A stretch of 59,106 nucleotides of DNA, taken from the NCBI GenBank assembly GCA_045537965.1, contig JAZSQL010000034.1, positions 1-59,106 of the forward strand, written 5' to 3'. This DNA is from Alphaproteobacteria bacterium (GTDB taxonomy: Bacteria; Pseudomonadota; Alphaproteobacteria; RF32; CAG-239). Under the pieces are notes generated by a model. The model ran no database searches, had not been told where the DNA came from, and saw only the letters and a program-made list of their open reading frames with translations. Both the position numbers and the translations under genes were made by a program. Below, one piece after another: positions 1-7,915 of this stretch; the first letter of the stretch is position 1; the number at the start of each line of letters is the position of its first letter.

Positions 1-294
1 TATTGTTCCTCTTTTGCGTGTTTGGTCAGATTTTTTTTCAAAAAGGCTTTGTGGTTTTTGATTATCCTTAAAAAGTTCTTCAAAATCATTCATACACCCT
101 AAAGTTAAAGCAATATCAATTAAAGATTTAAGAGATATTTCTCCAAAACGCTCAAAACGCTTGATTGTACCCAAACTCACACCTGAACGAACAGATAACC
201 CTTGTTGTGTTAAATTCTGCTCTAAACGTTTGGCTTTCGCTTTATAAGCAATATCTTGCATAACTTCTTGCGGTGATTTTAATATAAAAGACAT
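1..294 (-). CDS. XRE/HipB-like HTH regulator, runs off window start (not in ORF track)
   Basis: Manual translation MSFILKSPQEVMQDIAYKAKAKRLEQNLTQQGLSVRSGVSLGTIKRFERFGEISLKSLIDIALTLG...RKRGTI; classic HTH_3 pattern; AAGGA RBS. Confidence 0.85.
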   Translation of the reverse strand, partial: MSFILKSPQEVMQDIAYKAKAKRLEQNLTQQGLSVRSGVSLGTIKRFERFGEISLKSLIDIALTLGCMNDFEELFKDNQKPQSLFEKKSDQTRKRGTI

Positions 295-323
295 TATATT
301 ATCCTTAATCAATATTTAACAGC

Positions 324-349
324 CTTATAGATATTATATTATCTATAAG
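324..349. promoter_or_regulatory. Palindromic operator upstream of the XRE gene
   Basis: CTTATAGATA-ttatat-TATCTATAAG perfect 10-bp inverted repeat 30 bp upstream of the ATG. Confidence 0.55.
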
Positions 350-384
350 AAATAAAATCAAGTAGAAAAGGATAATTTTTATTA

Positions 385-753
385 TTATCTCAAATTCCTC
401 AAAATCTGTTTCACGTCATCATTCGGAATATATTTTTCTGCATCATTATCTTCAAATCGATGATTGATTAGTTTTCCCTTCTTAATATAAGAAATGTTTA
501 TTGAGCTATCGCCATAGGTTTGGTGATAATGAACCAAAGGCAAATTTTTATAAGTAAAGCCTTTGTTCCAAAGATTAATCAAATTGCCGAGAGTGATTTT
601 ATCAATCTTATAACTGCCGTAAGGACAGGCAAAAGCGTTAATTATCAAACCTGAAATGACAAATTCGGCACAAGTCCTATTTTGTAACTTGTGCCGATTA
701 TTATAAATCCATTCGCAATGGCTCAAAAACCATTGTTTATCTAATATTCGCAT
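385..753 (-). CDS. Hypothetical protein
   Basis: 122-aa ORF with GAGG RBS, co-oriented with neighbours. Confidence 0.6.
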   Translation of the reverse strand: MRILDKQWFLSHCEWIYNNRHKLQNRTCAEFVISGLIINAFACPYGSYKIDKITLGNLINLWNKGFTYKNLPLVHYHQTYGDSSINISYIKKGKLINHRFEDNDAEKYIPNDDVKQILRNLR

Positions 754-806
754 TAAACCCTCACATTCTCAACGGCATTAGCATATTATATCTATGTGTT
801 GGTAAA

Positions 807-992
807 TCACTCTATGTATTCTACAATTTTGATGTCGGAAAAATCACCATATTGACTTTTATTGGCAATTTGACTTGCTTCTTTGATATCTTCTGCTTTT
901 ATAAAATCTAGGATTTGACAATTTTCAACTTCATTGCCTGAGTTATCATAAGTTGTTCCATCAGTTGTATAAACTATAAAATTTTTAATCAT
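807..992 (-). CDS. Small hypothetical protein
   Basis: 61-aa ORF, AAGGA RBS, directly downstream of recombinase. Confidence 0.6.
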   Translation of the reverse strand: MIKNFIVYTTDGTTYDNSGNEVENCQILDFIKAEDIKEASQIANKSQYGDFSDIKIVEYIE

Positions 993-1007
993 TTTATTTC
1001 CTTTTTC

Positions 1008-1592
1008 CTAAACCCTCACATTTTCTACTGCATTAGCAAGCATTTGTTGGTTGTAATTGAAGTAATGTTGAGTGGTTGAGATGTTTCTGTGATTGGCAAG
1101 TTTTTGCACTAAACAGATATTAACTCCAGAATTTACTAGCTTTGATACAAACAAGTGTCTGCCCAAATGACTTGCGCCTTTAATATTAAATTTGCGGTAA
1201 ATTGAGCTGAAAAGCCTACTTATGCTTACTCTGTTATATGGTTTATTGAGTTTCTGACTGGTAAAAAGATATGTTTCAGGGCTTAATTTCTCGCCCCATT
1301 TGGCTTGTAGGTGTTTCAAATATTCGCAAAACTCCTTCTTCAACTGACTATTCATATAGTATTCGCATTTATTCTTACCCTTGTTTTTATCGTAATCAAG
1401 ACAAATGACATCTTTGATTTTCAAATCATCGGTAAAAATATCTTTGATTTGCAGATAAGCAAAATTAATAGAACGCATGCCATTTAGACTGCAAAGGAAC
1501 ATCATACGAATTTGTTCGGCATGCTTCATGGATTTGATGAAATTCAAAATATCCTTAATTTTCTTATCATCTACAAAAACATCATTTGTCAT
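1008..1592 (-). CDS. Tyrosine recombinase, catalytic domain only (194 aa)
   Basis: Catalytic set visible: GMRSIN (R), NKGK (K), SHLGRH (HxxR), LANHRN (H), TQHY (Y). Confidence 0.92.
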   Translation of the reverse strand: MTNDVFVDDKKIKDILNFIKSMKHAEQIRMMFLCSLNGMRSINFAYLQIKDIFTDDLKIKDVICLDYDKNKGKNKCEYYMNSQLKKEFCEYLKHLQAKWGEKLSPETYLFTSQKLNKPYNRVSISRLFSSIYRKFNIKGASHLGRHLFVSKLVNSGVNICLVQKLANHRNISTTQHYFNYNQQMLANAVENVRV

Positions 1593-1604
1593 AATTACCT
1601 CTCT

Positions 1605-1973
1605 TTACAAATTGTAATACTTCTCAACTCTTTGGCGAAGGATTTGCTGTCCTTCTTTAATCAGCTCATTTAATTGGTTATTGTTAAAGCACTCTTTGAT
1701 TTGCTTTAAGTTCAAAGTCAGGTCATGCAATAAATGACATCCGACTTTACGCTTCTCACAATCAAGAACTCCATAATAAAACTTGCTCTTGCCTAAAAAT
1801 TGTTCAGAAAACTGTTGTTTGCTTTCTACAATTCCAAGCTCTTGCAAAAGCTCATAAGCCTTATTCAGATAATCTAAACCGTTATTTGCTTCTGCATCTT
1901 GGGGCTGTGGGGTTTTGCGTTTTATCATTTTGACTAACTCTTCCTTAAATTTGTTTTTCCAGTTCATCATCAA
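1605..1973 (-). CDS. DUF6626-like protein
   Basis: Motif AYELLQELGIVESKQQFSEQFLGKSKFYY; paralog at 17586-18071; family name from recall. Confidence 0.65.
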   Translation of the reverse strand: MMMNWKNKFKEELVKMIKRKTPQPQDAEANNGLDYLNKAYELLQELGIVESKQQFSEQFLGKSKFYYGVLDCEKRKVGCHLLHDLTLNLKQIKECFNNNQLNELIKEGQQILRQRVEKYYNL

Positions 1974-2013
1974 TCCTTTCTTATGGTATTTATTACCATT
2001 TGTAAGGTGTGAG

Positions 2014-2169
2014 CTATTTTTTCACCATTGCTTGATAAAATACGGTGTAGTCAATTTGTTGGGTCATGGTAGCAATTCCACCTTGAAGTTCCCATCCTTT
2101 CTTTATCTGCTCATTTACCCATTTTATCAATTCATCTATACTAGTTGAACAAATCACATCATATTGCAT
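2014..2169 (-). CDS. DUF1737-like small protein, 51 aa (not in ORF track)
   Basis: AAGGAG RBS; MQYDVICSTSIDELIKWVNEQIKKGWELQGGIATMTQQIDYTVFYQAMVKK with VN..I..GW.LQGG...YQAMVK signature. Confidence 0.8.
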   Translation of the reverse strand: MQYDVICSTSIDELIKWVNEQIKKGWELQGGIATMTQQIDYTVFYQAMVKK

Positions 2170-2178
2170 AGTCACTCC

Positions 2179-2505
2179 TTAATACTCATCAGCATACATT
2201 ATAGTCATAACTCGGTTGGTAAGTCTTGGTTTGCAGGCATTTGGTGAAAGAAAAAGGAAATTGTTGTCATAATAATCAATCTTCCAGAAAATCTTTTTGC
2301 CCTTAAAGGTTATCGCTCCAAAATCTCGCTCGCCATAAGGATTGTTATTTTCATCAAAGTTATTAAAATTACGGACTTTGTTGATAATGGTTGTAATATC
2401 TTCACTACTATTGCATCTGATACCTTCGGTTAAAATCAAAGTACCAAGCGAGGGATTAGCTCTGAATGCGTCATTTAGTTTAGCAATTTCCGATACATTA
2501 TTCAT
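2179..2505 (-). CDS. DUF3768 family protein
   Basis: IAKLNDAFR...NPYGERDFG...FWKIDYYD...RVMTIMYADEY signature. Confidence 0.88.
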   Translation of the reverse strand: MNNVSEIAKLNDAFRANPSLGTLILTEGIRCNSSEDITTIINKVRNFNNFDENNNPYGERDFGAITFKGKKIFWKIDYYDNNFLFLSPNACKPRLTNRVMTIMYADEY

Positions 2506-3025
2506 TGCAACTTTCCTCCAAATACAAATTGAACATCAAATCCACCAAGCCTTCTTTATCGTTGGCATAGTCCCAAACATTTTTACCTTTGTTGTTTTTG
2601 ATATCAGGGTCGGCACCATTATTGATAAAAAACTCAATCAAACCTAAACGCATCATTGCTTGCGGATGGTTTACTACTTTTATAAATGCTGTGTTTCCAT
2701 TATTATCTTGAGCATTGATATCACTTCCAGCTGAAAGCAAAAGGTTCAAACTAGCAGGATTGCTTCGTTTCTTTGCGGCAATCATAAAAGGAGTATCGCC
2801 TGAAATGTTACGAGAATGAACATCGCCACCGTGAGTCAAGAAAAGCTCAATGACCTCTGGCTCATAAAACTCACGGCAAGCGAACATAAAAGGCGTATAA
2901 CCGTTAGAATTGTAAGGTTTGTTTACATCAGCACCATTTTCAAGCAAAGTTTTGATAGTTGCGAAATCTTCACTATAAAGTGCTTTCATTAAATCATTAT
3001 CGTTACTAACCATTTGAATCTCCAT
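2498..3025 (-). CDS. Ankyrin repeat protein
   Basis: LLENGADVN, GYTPFMFA, GDTPFMIAA, DINAQDNNGNTA repeats; start may be 3013. Confidence 0.9.
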   Translation of the reverse strand: MEIQMVSNDNDLMKALYSEDFATIKTLLENGADVNKPYNSNGYTPFMFACREFYEPEVIELFLTHGGDVHSRNISGDTPFMIAAKKRSNPASLNLLLSAGSDINAQDNNGNTAFIKVVNHPQAMMRLGLIEFFINNGADPDIKNNKGKNVWDYANDKEGLVDLMFNLYLEESCNE

Positions 3026-3215
3026 GAAATTATAGGTAGCTTTAAATTGCCGCCCGGGATATCATGCAAAGATTCAGCTGTCAAGCCGCAAAATTAACAT
3101 TTTTTCACGATAATGCATTGATTCTAAAGAATTTCTTTTAAATACAGATGGTTGGGAATGTAACATTTATTACAAAAAGTAATGATAAATACCTTTATAA
3201 GCCAAAGGACGTGAT

Positions 3216-3524
3216 ATGAAGGTGTTGATTGAGACTGTTACAAACCGTAAAGGGTATAAGAATTTTAATGATATTGATAGTTTGGACAAGTTTTTAAACG
3301 AAAATCGTAAGAAAATCAAAAACTTCAAAATATTAAATGAAGCCTATAACGGCACTTTTGAAGAATTGCTACAAGATGTTATGAAGCGAGCTGATTTTCT
3401 AGGCAAGATGATAGGTTATGCCTTTTTTGAAATGACTGATAAAAGCGACAAATATAACAAATTGCTTCGAGCAATGGGACTTACCGCCGAAATCCAAGGT
3501 TTGGTCAGACCTTTTATAAAATGA
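3216..3524 (+). CDS. Hypothetical protein
   Basis: 102-aa ORF with AAGGA RBS. Confidence 0.6.
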   Translation: MKVLIETVTNRKGYKNFNDIDSLDKFLNENRKKIKNFKILNEAYNGTFEELLQDVMKRADFLGKMIGYAFFEMTDKSDKYNKLLRAMGLTAEIQGLVRPFIK

Positions 3525-3532
3525 CAAAATTC

Positions 3533-4096
3533 TTATTTGTTATAAACATTCGCAAGTTCTTGTTGTCCTTCTTTATTTAAGTGGACGGCATCTATATAAA
3601 TATTTGATAAATCCAGTAAGCTGAAGTTTGTATAAGCATCTAAATACTTGATTTGATGCGTTTTACACAGTTCTGCCAGTTTTTGATTAAATGTTTCAAC
3701 ATCTGCATTAAAACCCCATTTATCCTCATCAAGCCAATCTTGGTTTGGAAAAAGCTCTTCTCTAATGGGTAAAACTGACTGAACAACAATGTTAGAAGCT
3801 TTTGTTTTGGCTACTTTCAAGACTTCTTCATACTGATTGATAAGACTGGAAATGTCTATTTGGTTGGGTTTAGGATTTCCGGACAGCAAATTGTTAATGC
3901 CTACCGCTAAAAACAAAGTGTCATAATGATTGTCGTCTTGCTTGATTTTGCGTAAAACACCTTCAATTTGTTCGCCATTTTGCGCGAGTTTCAAAGCTTC
4001 ATTCCCCAAATAAAGCTCATCAAACCAGCTTTGATTATTGTTGCCATAACCAAATGCAATACTATCGCCATAAACACCAAATTTGTAGTTCATCAT
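3533..4096 (-). CDS. SGNH/GDSL hydrolase
   Basis: GDSI block I, GINN block III, DAVHL catalytic DxxH. Confidence 0.9.
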   Translation of the reverse strand: MMNYKFGVYGDSIAFGYGNNNQSWFDELYLGNEALKLAQNGEQIEGVLRKIKQDDNHYDTLFLAVGINNLLSGNPKPNQIDISSLINQYEEVLKVAKTKASNIVVQSVLPIREELFPNQDWLDEDKWGFNADVETFNQKLAELCKTHQIKYLDAYTNFSLLDLSNIYIDAVHLNKEGQQELANVYNK

Positions 4097-4597
4097 TTAT
4101 TCCAATAAGTTATTTTTATGAATATTATTAAAATATTTTCTAAGTTTTTGAATCTTCTTTGTTACTTGGCTCATATTTTCTTTATTGTTTTTTAGTTCGT
4201 TAGATTTAGACATTAATTCGCTAAGAATAGAGTATTTGTTATTTATTTCAATCATTCCATGCATGGGAATAATGATAAAATGAATATGACCGTTAGGTTT
4301 TTCATAAAACATATAAGCGATTTTTTCGCAATTAAATATTTCTATAATAGCCTTTTTACAATATGACATTAATTTATTCAGTTCTTGCAATTCATTTTCA
4401 GATAAATCCATATAATTTGAAACATGACGCATAGGAGATATAATAATCATTCCCGGATAAGCAATTTCAAAATCTTGACTTAAATCCCATAATTTTGATT
4501 GGTAAATTCGTCCTTCTTTAAATTTTGTATTATCTGAAACAATACATCCAGCACATGAAGTGTTTATTGTTTCATTAAAAATTGTTGTAAATTTCAT
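4097..4597 (-). CDS. HIT family protein
   Basis: N-terminal CxxC-like, PMRHV, GHIHFIIIP histidine-triad-like motif. Confidence 0.8.
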   Translation of the reverse strand: MKFTTIFNETINTSCAGCIVSDNTKFKEGRIYQSKLWDLSQDFEIAYPGMIIISPMRHVSNYMDLSENELQELNKLMSYCKKAIIEIFNCEKIAYMFYEKPNGHIHFIIIPMHGMIEINNKYSILSELMSKSNELKNNKENMSQVTKKIQKLRKYFNNIHKNNLLE

Positions 4598-4728
4598 ATT
4601 ATATTCCTTTTTATCTACATTTATTATTAATGCTATGTAAAACTAATTAAAAAATCATTATAAACTGAACTTTTTTCTTTGTTTTTTCGTTATATAGCCT
4701 GTAAGATGATGATGTTAGGAGATGTTTT

Positions 4729-5130
4729 ATGCGATATGTAATTGCTTTAATTTGTATGCTTTTTGCCGGCTCGGCTTGGGCTGATATGCGTTGCTCTACC
4801 AATTCTTTGGGTGTTACAACTTGTAAGGATAGTGGCGGTCGGGTTATCAAATCTCGCACAAATTCACTCGGTGTAACGACTTATACCGATAACAAAGGAA
4901 ATAAAGTAAAAGCCAAAACTAACTCTTTAGGCACAACAACCTATACCGGTAGCGATGGCACAAGAGGAACAGCAAGGATAAATTCGCTTGGGATGACTAC
5001 TTATAAAGATAATAAAGGCAACACTATAAAAGCTCGCACAAATTCATTAGGCGTTACAACCTATACCGACCAAAACGGCAAGAAAACCAAATGCCGAACA
5101 AATTCACTAGGTGTTACAAGGTGTAATTAA
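4729..5130 (+). CDS. Secreted 20-aa tandem-repeat protein
   Basis: Signal peptide (SAWA|D); six TNSLGxTT repeats at 60-bp period; AGGAG RBS. Confidence 0.85.
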   Translation: MRYVIALICMLFAGSAWADMRCSTNSLGVTTCKDSGGRVIKSRTNSLGVTTYTDNKGNKVKAKTNSLGTTTYTGSDGTRGTARINSLGMTTYKDNKGNTIKARTNSLGVTTYTDQNGKKTKCRTNSLGVTRCN

Positions 5131-5143
5131 AAAGGAATCTTTT

Positions 5144-5473
5144 TTATTCTGCATTATCATCCCAATCTTTTATTAAATAATCAAGGGCTTCTCTGTTGGT
5201 TATTTCCATAAAATTATCATCCCATCGTAAAGCTTCATCTATATCATAATCAACAGAAATCCACTTTCCTTTACCTTTATAAAACTCAACAATACCTTCA
5301 TCACCTCTACGATATACACCAACACCGCCATAGTAAGTATATTTGTTATTATCTAACTGTTCTTTAAGCCTCATTTTATTAACCTCAGTAGAATACATCA
5401 CAGCTTTTATGTGAGTAGGACATTTTATTTTACTTATTTTTTGTTTTATTTGCTTTACGTCATAATTTTTCAT
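5144..5473 (-). CDS. Hypothetical protein downstream of SAM riboswitch
   Basis: AAAGGAG RBS before ATG at 5473; the longer track ORF overlaps the terminator. Confidence 0.7.
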   Translation of the reverse strand: MKNYDVKQIKQKISKIKCPTHIKAVMYSTEVNKMRLKEQLDNNKYTYYGGVGVYRRGDEGIVEFYKGKGKWISVDYDIDEALRWDDNFMEITNREALDYLIKDWDDNAE

Positions 5474-5509
5474 AGTTTTCTCCTTTACAATCAAATATTG
5501 CCTAAAAGA

Positions 5510-5542
5510 GAAGAAAGAAAACCCATCGTTCACGATAGGTTT
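5510..5542 (-). terminator. Riboswitch expression-platform terminator
   Basis: Minus strand AAACCTATCG-tgaa-CGATGGGTTT followed by pyrimidine/U-rich tail. Confidence 0.75.
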
Positions 5543-5551
5543 GGAATGTTT

Positions 5552-5633
5552 CCTATTGTTCAAGCATTAGCACCGTGCATCTTGTCGGTTGCTGTGTGGT
5601 CTTTGGGCTTGTCCCTCGCACACTCTTTATAGG
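5552..5633 (-). ncRNA. SAM-I/IV-type riboswitch aptamer
   Basis: Minus strand CCTAT-AAAGAG-TGTGCGAGGGACAAGCCCAAAGACCACA-CAGCAACC...ACGGTGCTAATGCTTGAACA-ATAGG; AAGAG, GAGGGAC..GCCC, CAGCAACC, GGTGCTAA are SAM-I clan hallmarks; P4 absent. Confidence 0.85.
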
Positions 5634-5640
5634 CATTTTC

Positions 5641-5669
5641 ATCGTAACAAATATCTGATATATATGCAA
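5641..5669 (-). promoter_or_regulatory. sigma70 promoter for the riboswitch transcript
   Basis: TTGCAT-N17-TACGAT with TG extension, ~7 nt upstream of P1. Confidence 0.6.
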
Positions 5670-5687
5670 TTATAAATTTGTATTTTA

Positions 5688-5716
5688 TTGCAAATTAATA
5701 ATTTATTAGATACTAT
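5688..5716 (+). promoter_or_regulatory. sigma70 promoter of nuclease gene
   Basis: TTGCAA-N17-TACTAT. Confidence 0.55.
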
Positions 5717-5748
5717 CTTAAAATCAAAAACAGACAAAGTTGGTTAAT

Positions 5749-6903
5749 ATGGAAAAACAAGACCAAGAAGCACTAAAGAATTTTCTTCTAGATATAAATT
5801 GCTTAGATGAGCTTCAAAAATGGGAAAATCATTTCAATTTATTTGATGTCCTAAAAATATGCAGAACAGAGATAAGGCATAGCAATGTATTATCTTGGTT
5901 ATTAAATCCAAATGAAAATCATAATTTAGGCGATGCTTTCATTAAGAAAGTTTTTCAAGAGTTTATAAAAAATCAACCTAGCGCCAGTAAAGAGGTTATG
6001 CAGTTATTGTTGATGGATTTCTATAGCTTTTCTGTATATAGAGAATGGAAAAATATAGATATTTTGCTTGTTTCTGATGATGAGAAGCTAGTAATTGCGA
6101 TAGAAAATAAGGTTGGTTCTCATGAACACGATAATCAATTAAATCGTTACAAAGAAATTCTAAATAAAGAATTTCCCAAATATAAGAAGATATTGATATA
6201 TTTAACTCCAGATGGCGAAGAGCCCAGTGATGATGATTGGAGTGTTCTAACTTATGAAAGTATTGTTGAAAATTTAGAGATTATCAGAAAAAATGCAACA
6301 TTATCAACCGATGTGGCATTGATGATTGATAATTATATTGAAGTTATAAGGAGAGATATTATGGAAGATAAAGAGCTTATTGAGATTTGTAACAAAATAT
6401 ATAATAAGCACAAAAAAGCCTTAGACTTAATTTTTGAATATAGAATAGACCCATCTCAAGCCTCTAGCATTGTACGAGATATTTTGCAAGAAATGGCAGA
6501 TGAAGGTAAAATAATATATGATAATGCAAAAACTAGTACATATATTCGTTTTTATACCAAGGCAATGAATCAGTTTCTTCCTAATTTGGTTGGGCAAAAA
6601 GGGGCATGGGGTAACGAGCATTGTTATGCTTATGAATTTAAGATGATGAATGGAAAATTCAGGTTATCTTGTGTTTTAACCACTAAAAATCTTCCAGATA
6701 CAACAAGAGAAACGGTGCGTAAAATCGTATGCATAGAAAGACCCGCAAAAGAAAATCTGGATTTTCAATGGTTATCCGTGCATTTGAAAAAGCATAATAT
6801 TTCAGAGGATTGTGATGATAACGATAAAATAGTAGCGACTGTTAAAAGTGCTATAAACAGTCTTTTATCATGGGAAAAGGATATAATTAGTAAGATTGGA
6901 TAG
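5749..6903 (+). CDS. PD-(D/E)XK nuclease (PDDEXK_4-like)
   Basis: FNLFDVL..EIRHSNVLSWLLNP, REWKNIDILL, IENKVGSHEHDNQLNRY, YLTPDG. Confidence 0.9.
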   Translation: MEKQDQEALKNFLLDINCLDELQKWENHFNLFDVLKICRTEIRHSNVLSWLLNPNENHNLGDAFIKKVFQEFIKNQPSASKEVMQLLLMDFYSFSVYREWKNIDILLVSDDEKLVIAIENKVGSHEHDNQLNRYKEILNKEFPKYKKILIYLTPDGEEPSDDDWSVLTYESIVENLEIIRKNATLSTDVALMIDNYIEVIRRDIMEDKELIEICNKIYNKHKKALDLIFEYRIDPSQASSIVRDILQEMADEGKIIYDNAKTSTYIRFYTKAMNQFLPNLVGQKGAWGNEHCYAYEFKMMNGKFRLSCVLTTKNLPDTTRETVRKIVCIERPAKENLDFQWLSVHLKKHNISEDCDDNDKIVATVKSAINSLLSWEKDIISKIG

Positions 6904-6966
6904 GTTATTTTTTATATTATTCCAATTATTATAATTTGTTATATGTTATTTATTAATTCTTGACTC

Positions 6967-6991
6967 TGTATAAATATCTGATATTTATACA
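6967..6991. promoter_or_regulatory. Perfect palindrome (operator-like)
   Basis: TGTATAAATATC-T-GATATTTATACA. Confidence 0.55.
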
Positions 6992-7002
6992 ATTAATGCG
7001 AT

Positions 7003-7245
7003 TTAGTGAATTTAGCGACTACTAAATTTATTAAGTTAGGTGAGATTAGGAATCAATATCCTATCCGTGTTCCTGACGGAGGCATGGAATTTTAATTCAC
7101 AGGCCTTGGCATATCTGTAAAAAGACCCAAGATAACTTGTTATTTAGGATTCATAGCAAATTTTGAGATGTACATAAAAATTTGCAAGTGGTACGAACGC
7201 CACTATAAATAAGTCAGGTTTAACGACCTATCGATAGGCTTCGTT
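7003..7245 (+). ncRNA. Candidate structured RNA / long structured leader
   Basis: At least eight stems visible by eye in an ORF-free gap; GC richer than flanks. Confidence 0.55.
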
Positions 7246-7256
7246 GGAAAAATAAA

Positions 7257-7337
7257 ATGAAGTTTTATCTGAATATTAAATTAGATGTAGCAGCAATAAT
7301 TAAAGCAATTGCTTTTTTAATCTATGTTATATTTTAA
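7257..7337 (+). CDS. 26-aa hydrophobic peptide (type I toxin-like; not in ORF track)
   Basis: MKFYLNIKLDVAAIIKAIAFLIYVIF; GGA RBS; followed by terminator. Confidence 0.55.
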   Translation: MKFYLNIKLDVAAIIKAIAFLIYVIF

Positions 7338-7345
7338 TTTATTTG

Positions 7346-7373
7346 GTGAAGTAGCTAAATTTAGCTACTTCAC
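7346..7373. terminator. Bidirectional terminator
   Basis: Perfect palindrome GTGAAGTAGCTAAATTTAGCTACTTCAC between convergent ORFs. Confidence 0.75.
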
Positions 7374-7915
7374 TATTCATTATAAATCACAGCTCCGTTA
7401 TCTAAAAGTAGGTTTGCTATATCTATTTCTATTCGTTCTAATGCGATAAGAAGTGCTGTTTCGCGTTGGTAATTGAGCCAATTTACATCACAGCCTTTAT
7501 CAATTAACATCTGAATTACATCTAGTTTTTGCTCATCGGTCATATTTTCGTTCAGAATCACTGACATTATCGCATTATAGCCAAATATATCGGTTCGATT
7601 GATTTCGCTACCTTGCTCGAGCAGATATTCTATTGGTTCTATTGTAGAGCAAAAGTAGCAAGCAACCAAGAAAAGTGTAGCTCTTCGGCGGTTTATTGGT
7701 GTGTTAATTTGGAAATTTTCCATTTCTATCATCTTTTGTATCTCATCAACACAATCAATGCAAAGCTCCGCTTCGCTTTCATAATTAGCTACCGAAAACA
7801 GCGGTGCGTTCTTCACTCGCTCGGCAATCTGTTCCATTTTCTTTTGCATTTCGGGGAATTCATCGATATGAATTAGTTTTGAATAGGTCTGGTTTTCGGG
7901 ATTGAAAGTTAACAT
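7373..7915 (-). CDS. Ankyrin repeat protein
   Basis: YLLEQGSEINRTDIFGYNA, LIDKGCDVN, ETALLIA, LLLDNGA; AAGGAG RBS. Confidence 0.85.
   Translation of the reverse strand: MLTFNPENQTYSKLIHIDEFPEMQKKMEQIAERVKNAPLFSVANYESEAELCIDCVDEIQKMIEMENFQINTPINRRRATLFLVACYFCSTIEPIEYLLEQGSEINRTDIFGYNAIMSVILNENMTDEQKLDVIQMLIDKGCDVNWLNYQRETALLIALERIEIDIANLLLDNGAVIYNE

Noticed and set aside
4795-5125. 60-bp periodic DNA repeat as CRISPR or ncRNA array
   Set aside because: Variation falls at synonymous positions; explained by the protein repeat.
385-7915. Integron cassette array
   Set aside because: Genes are in mixed orientation, no recurring attC-like GTTRRRY hairpins seen, and the recombinase is too short to carry the IntI insertion.
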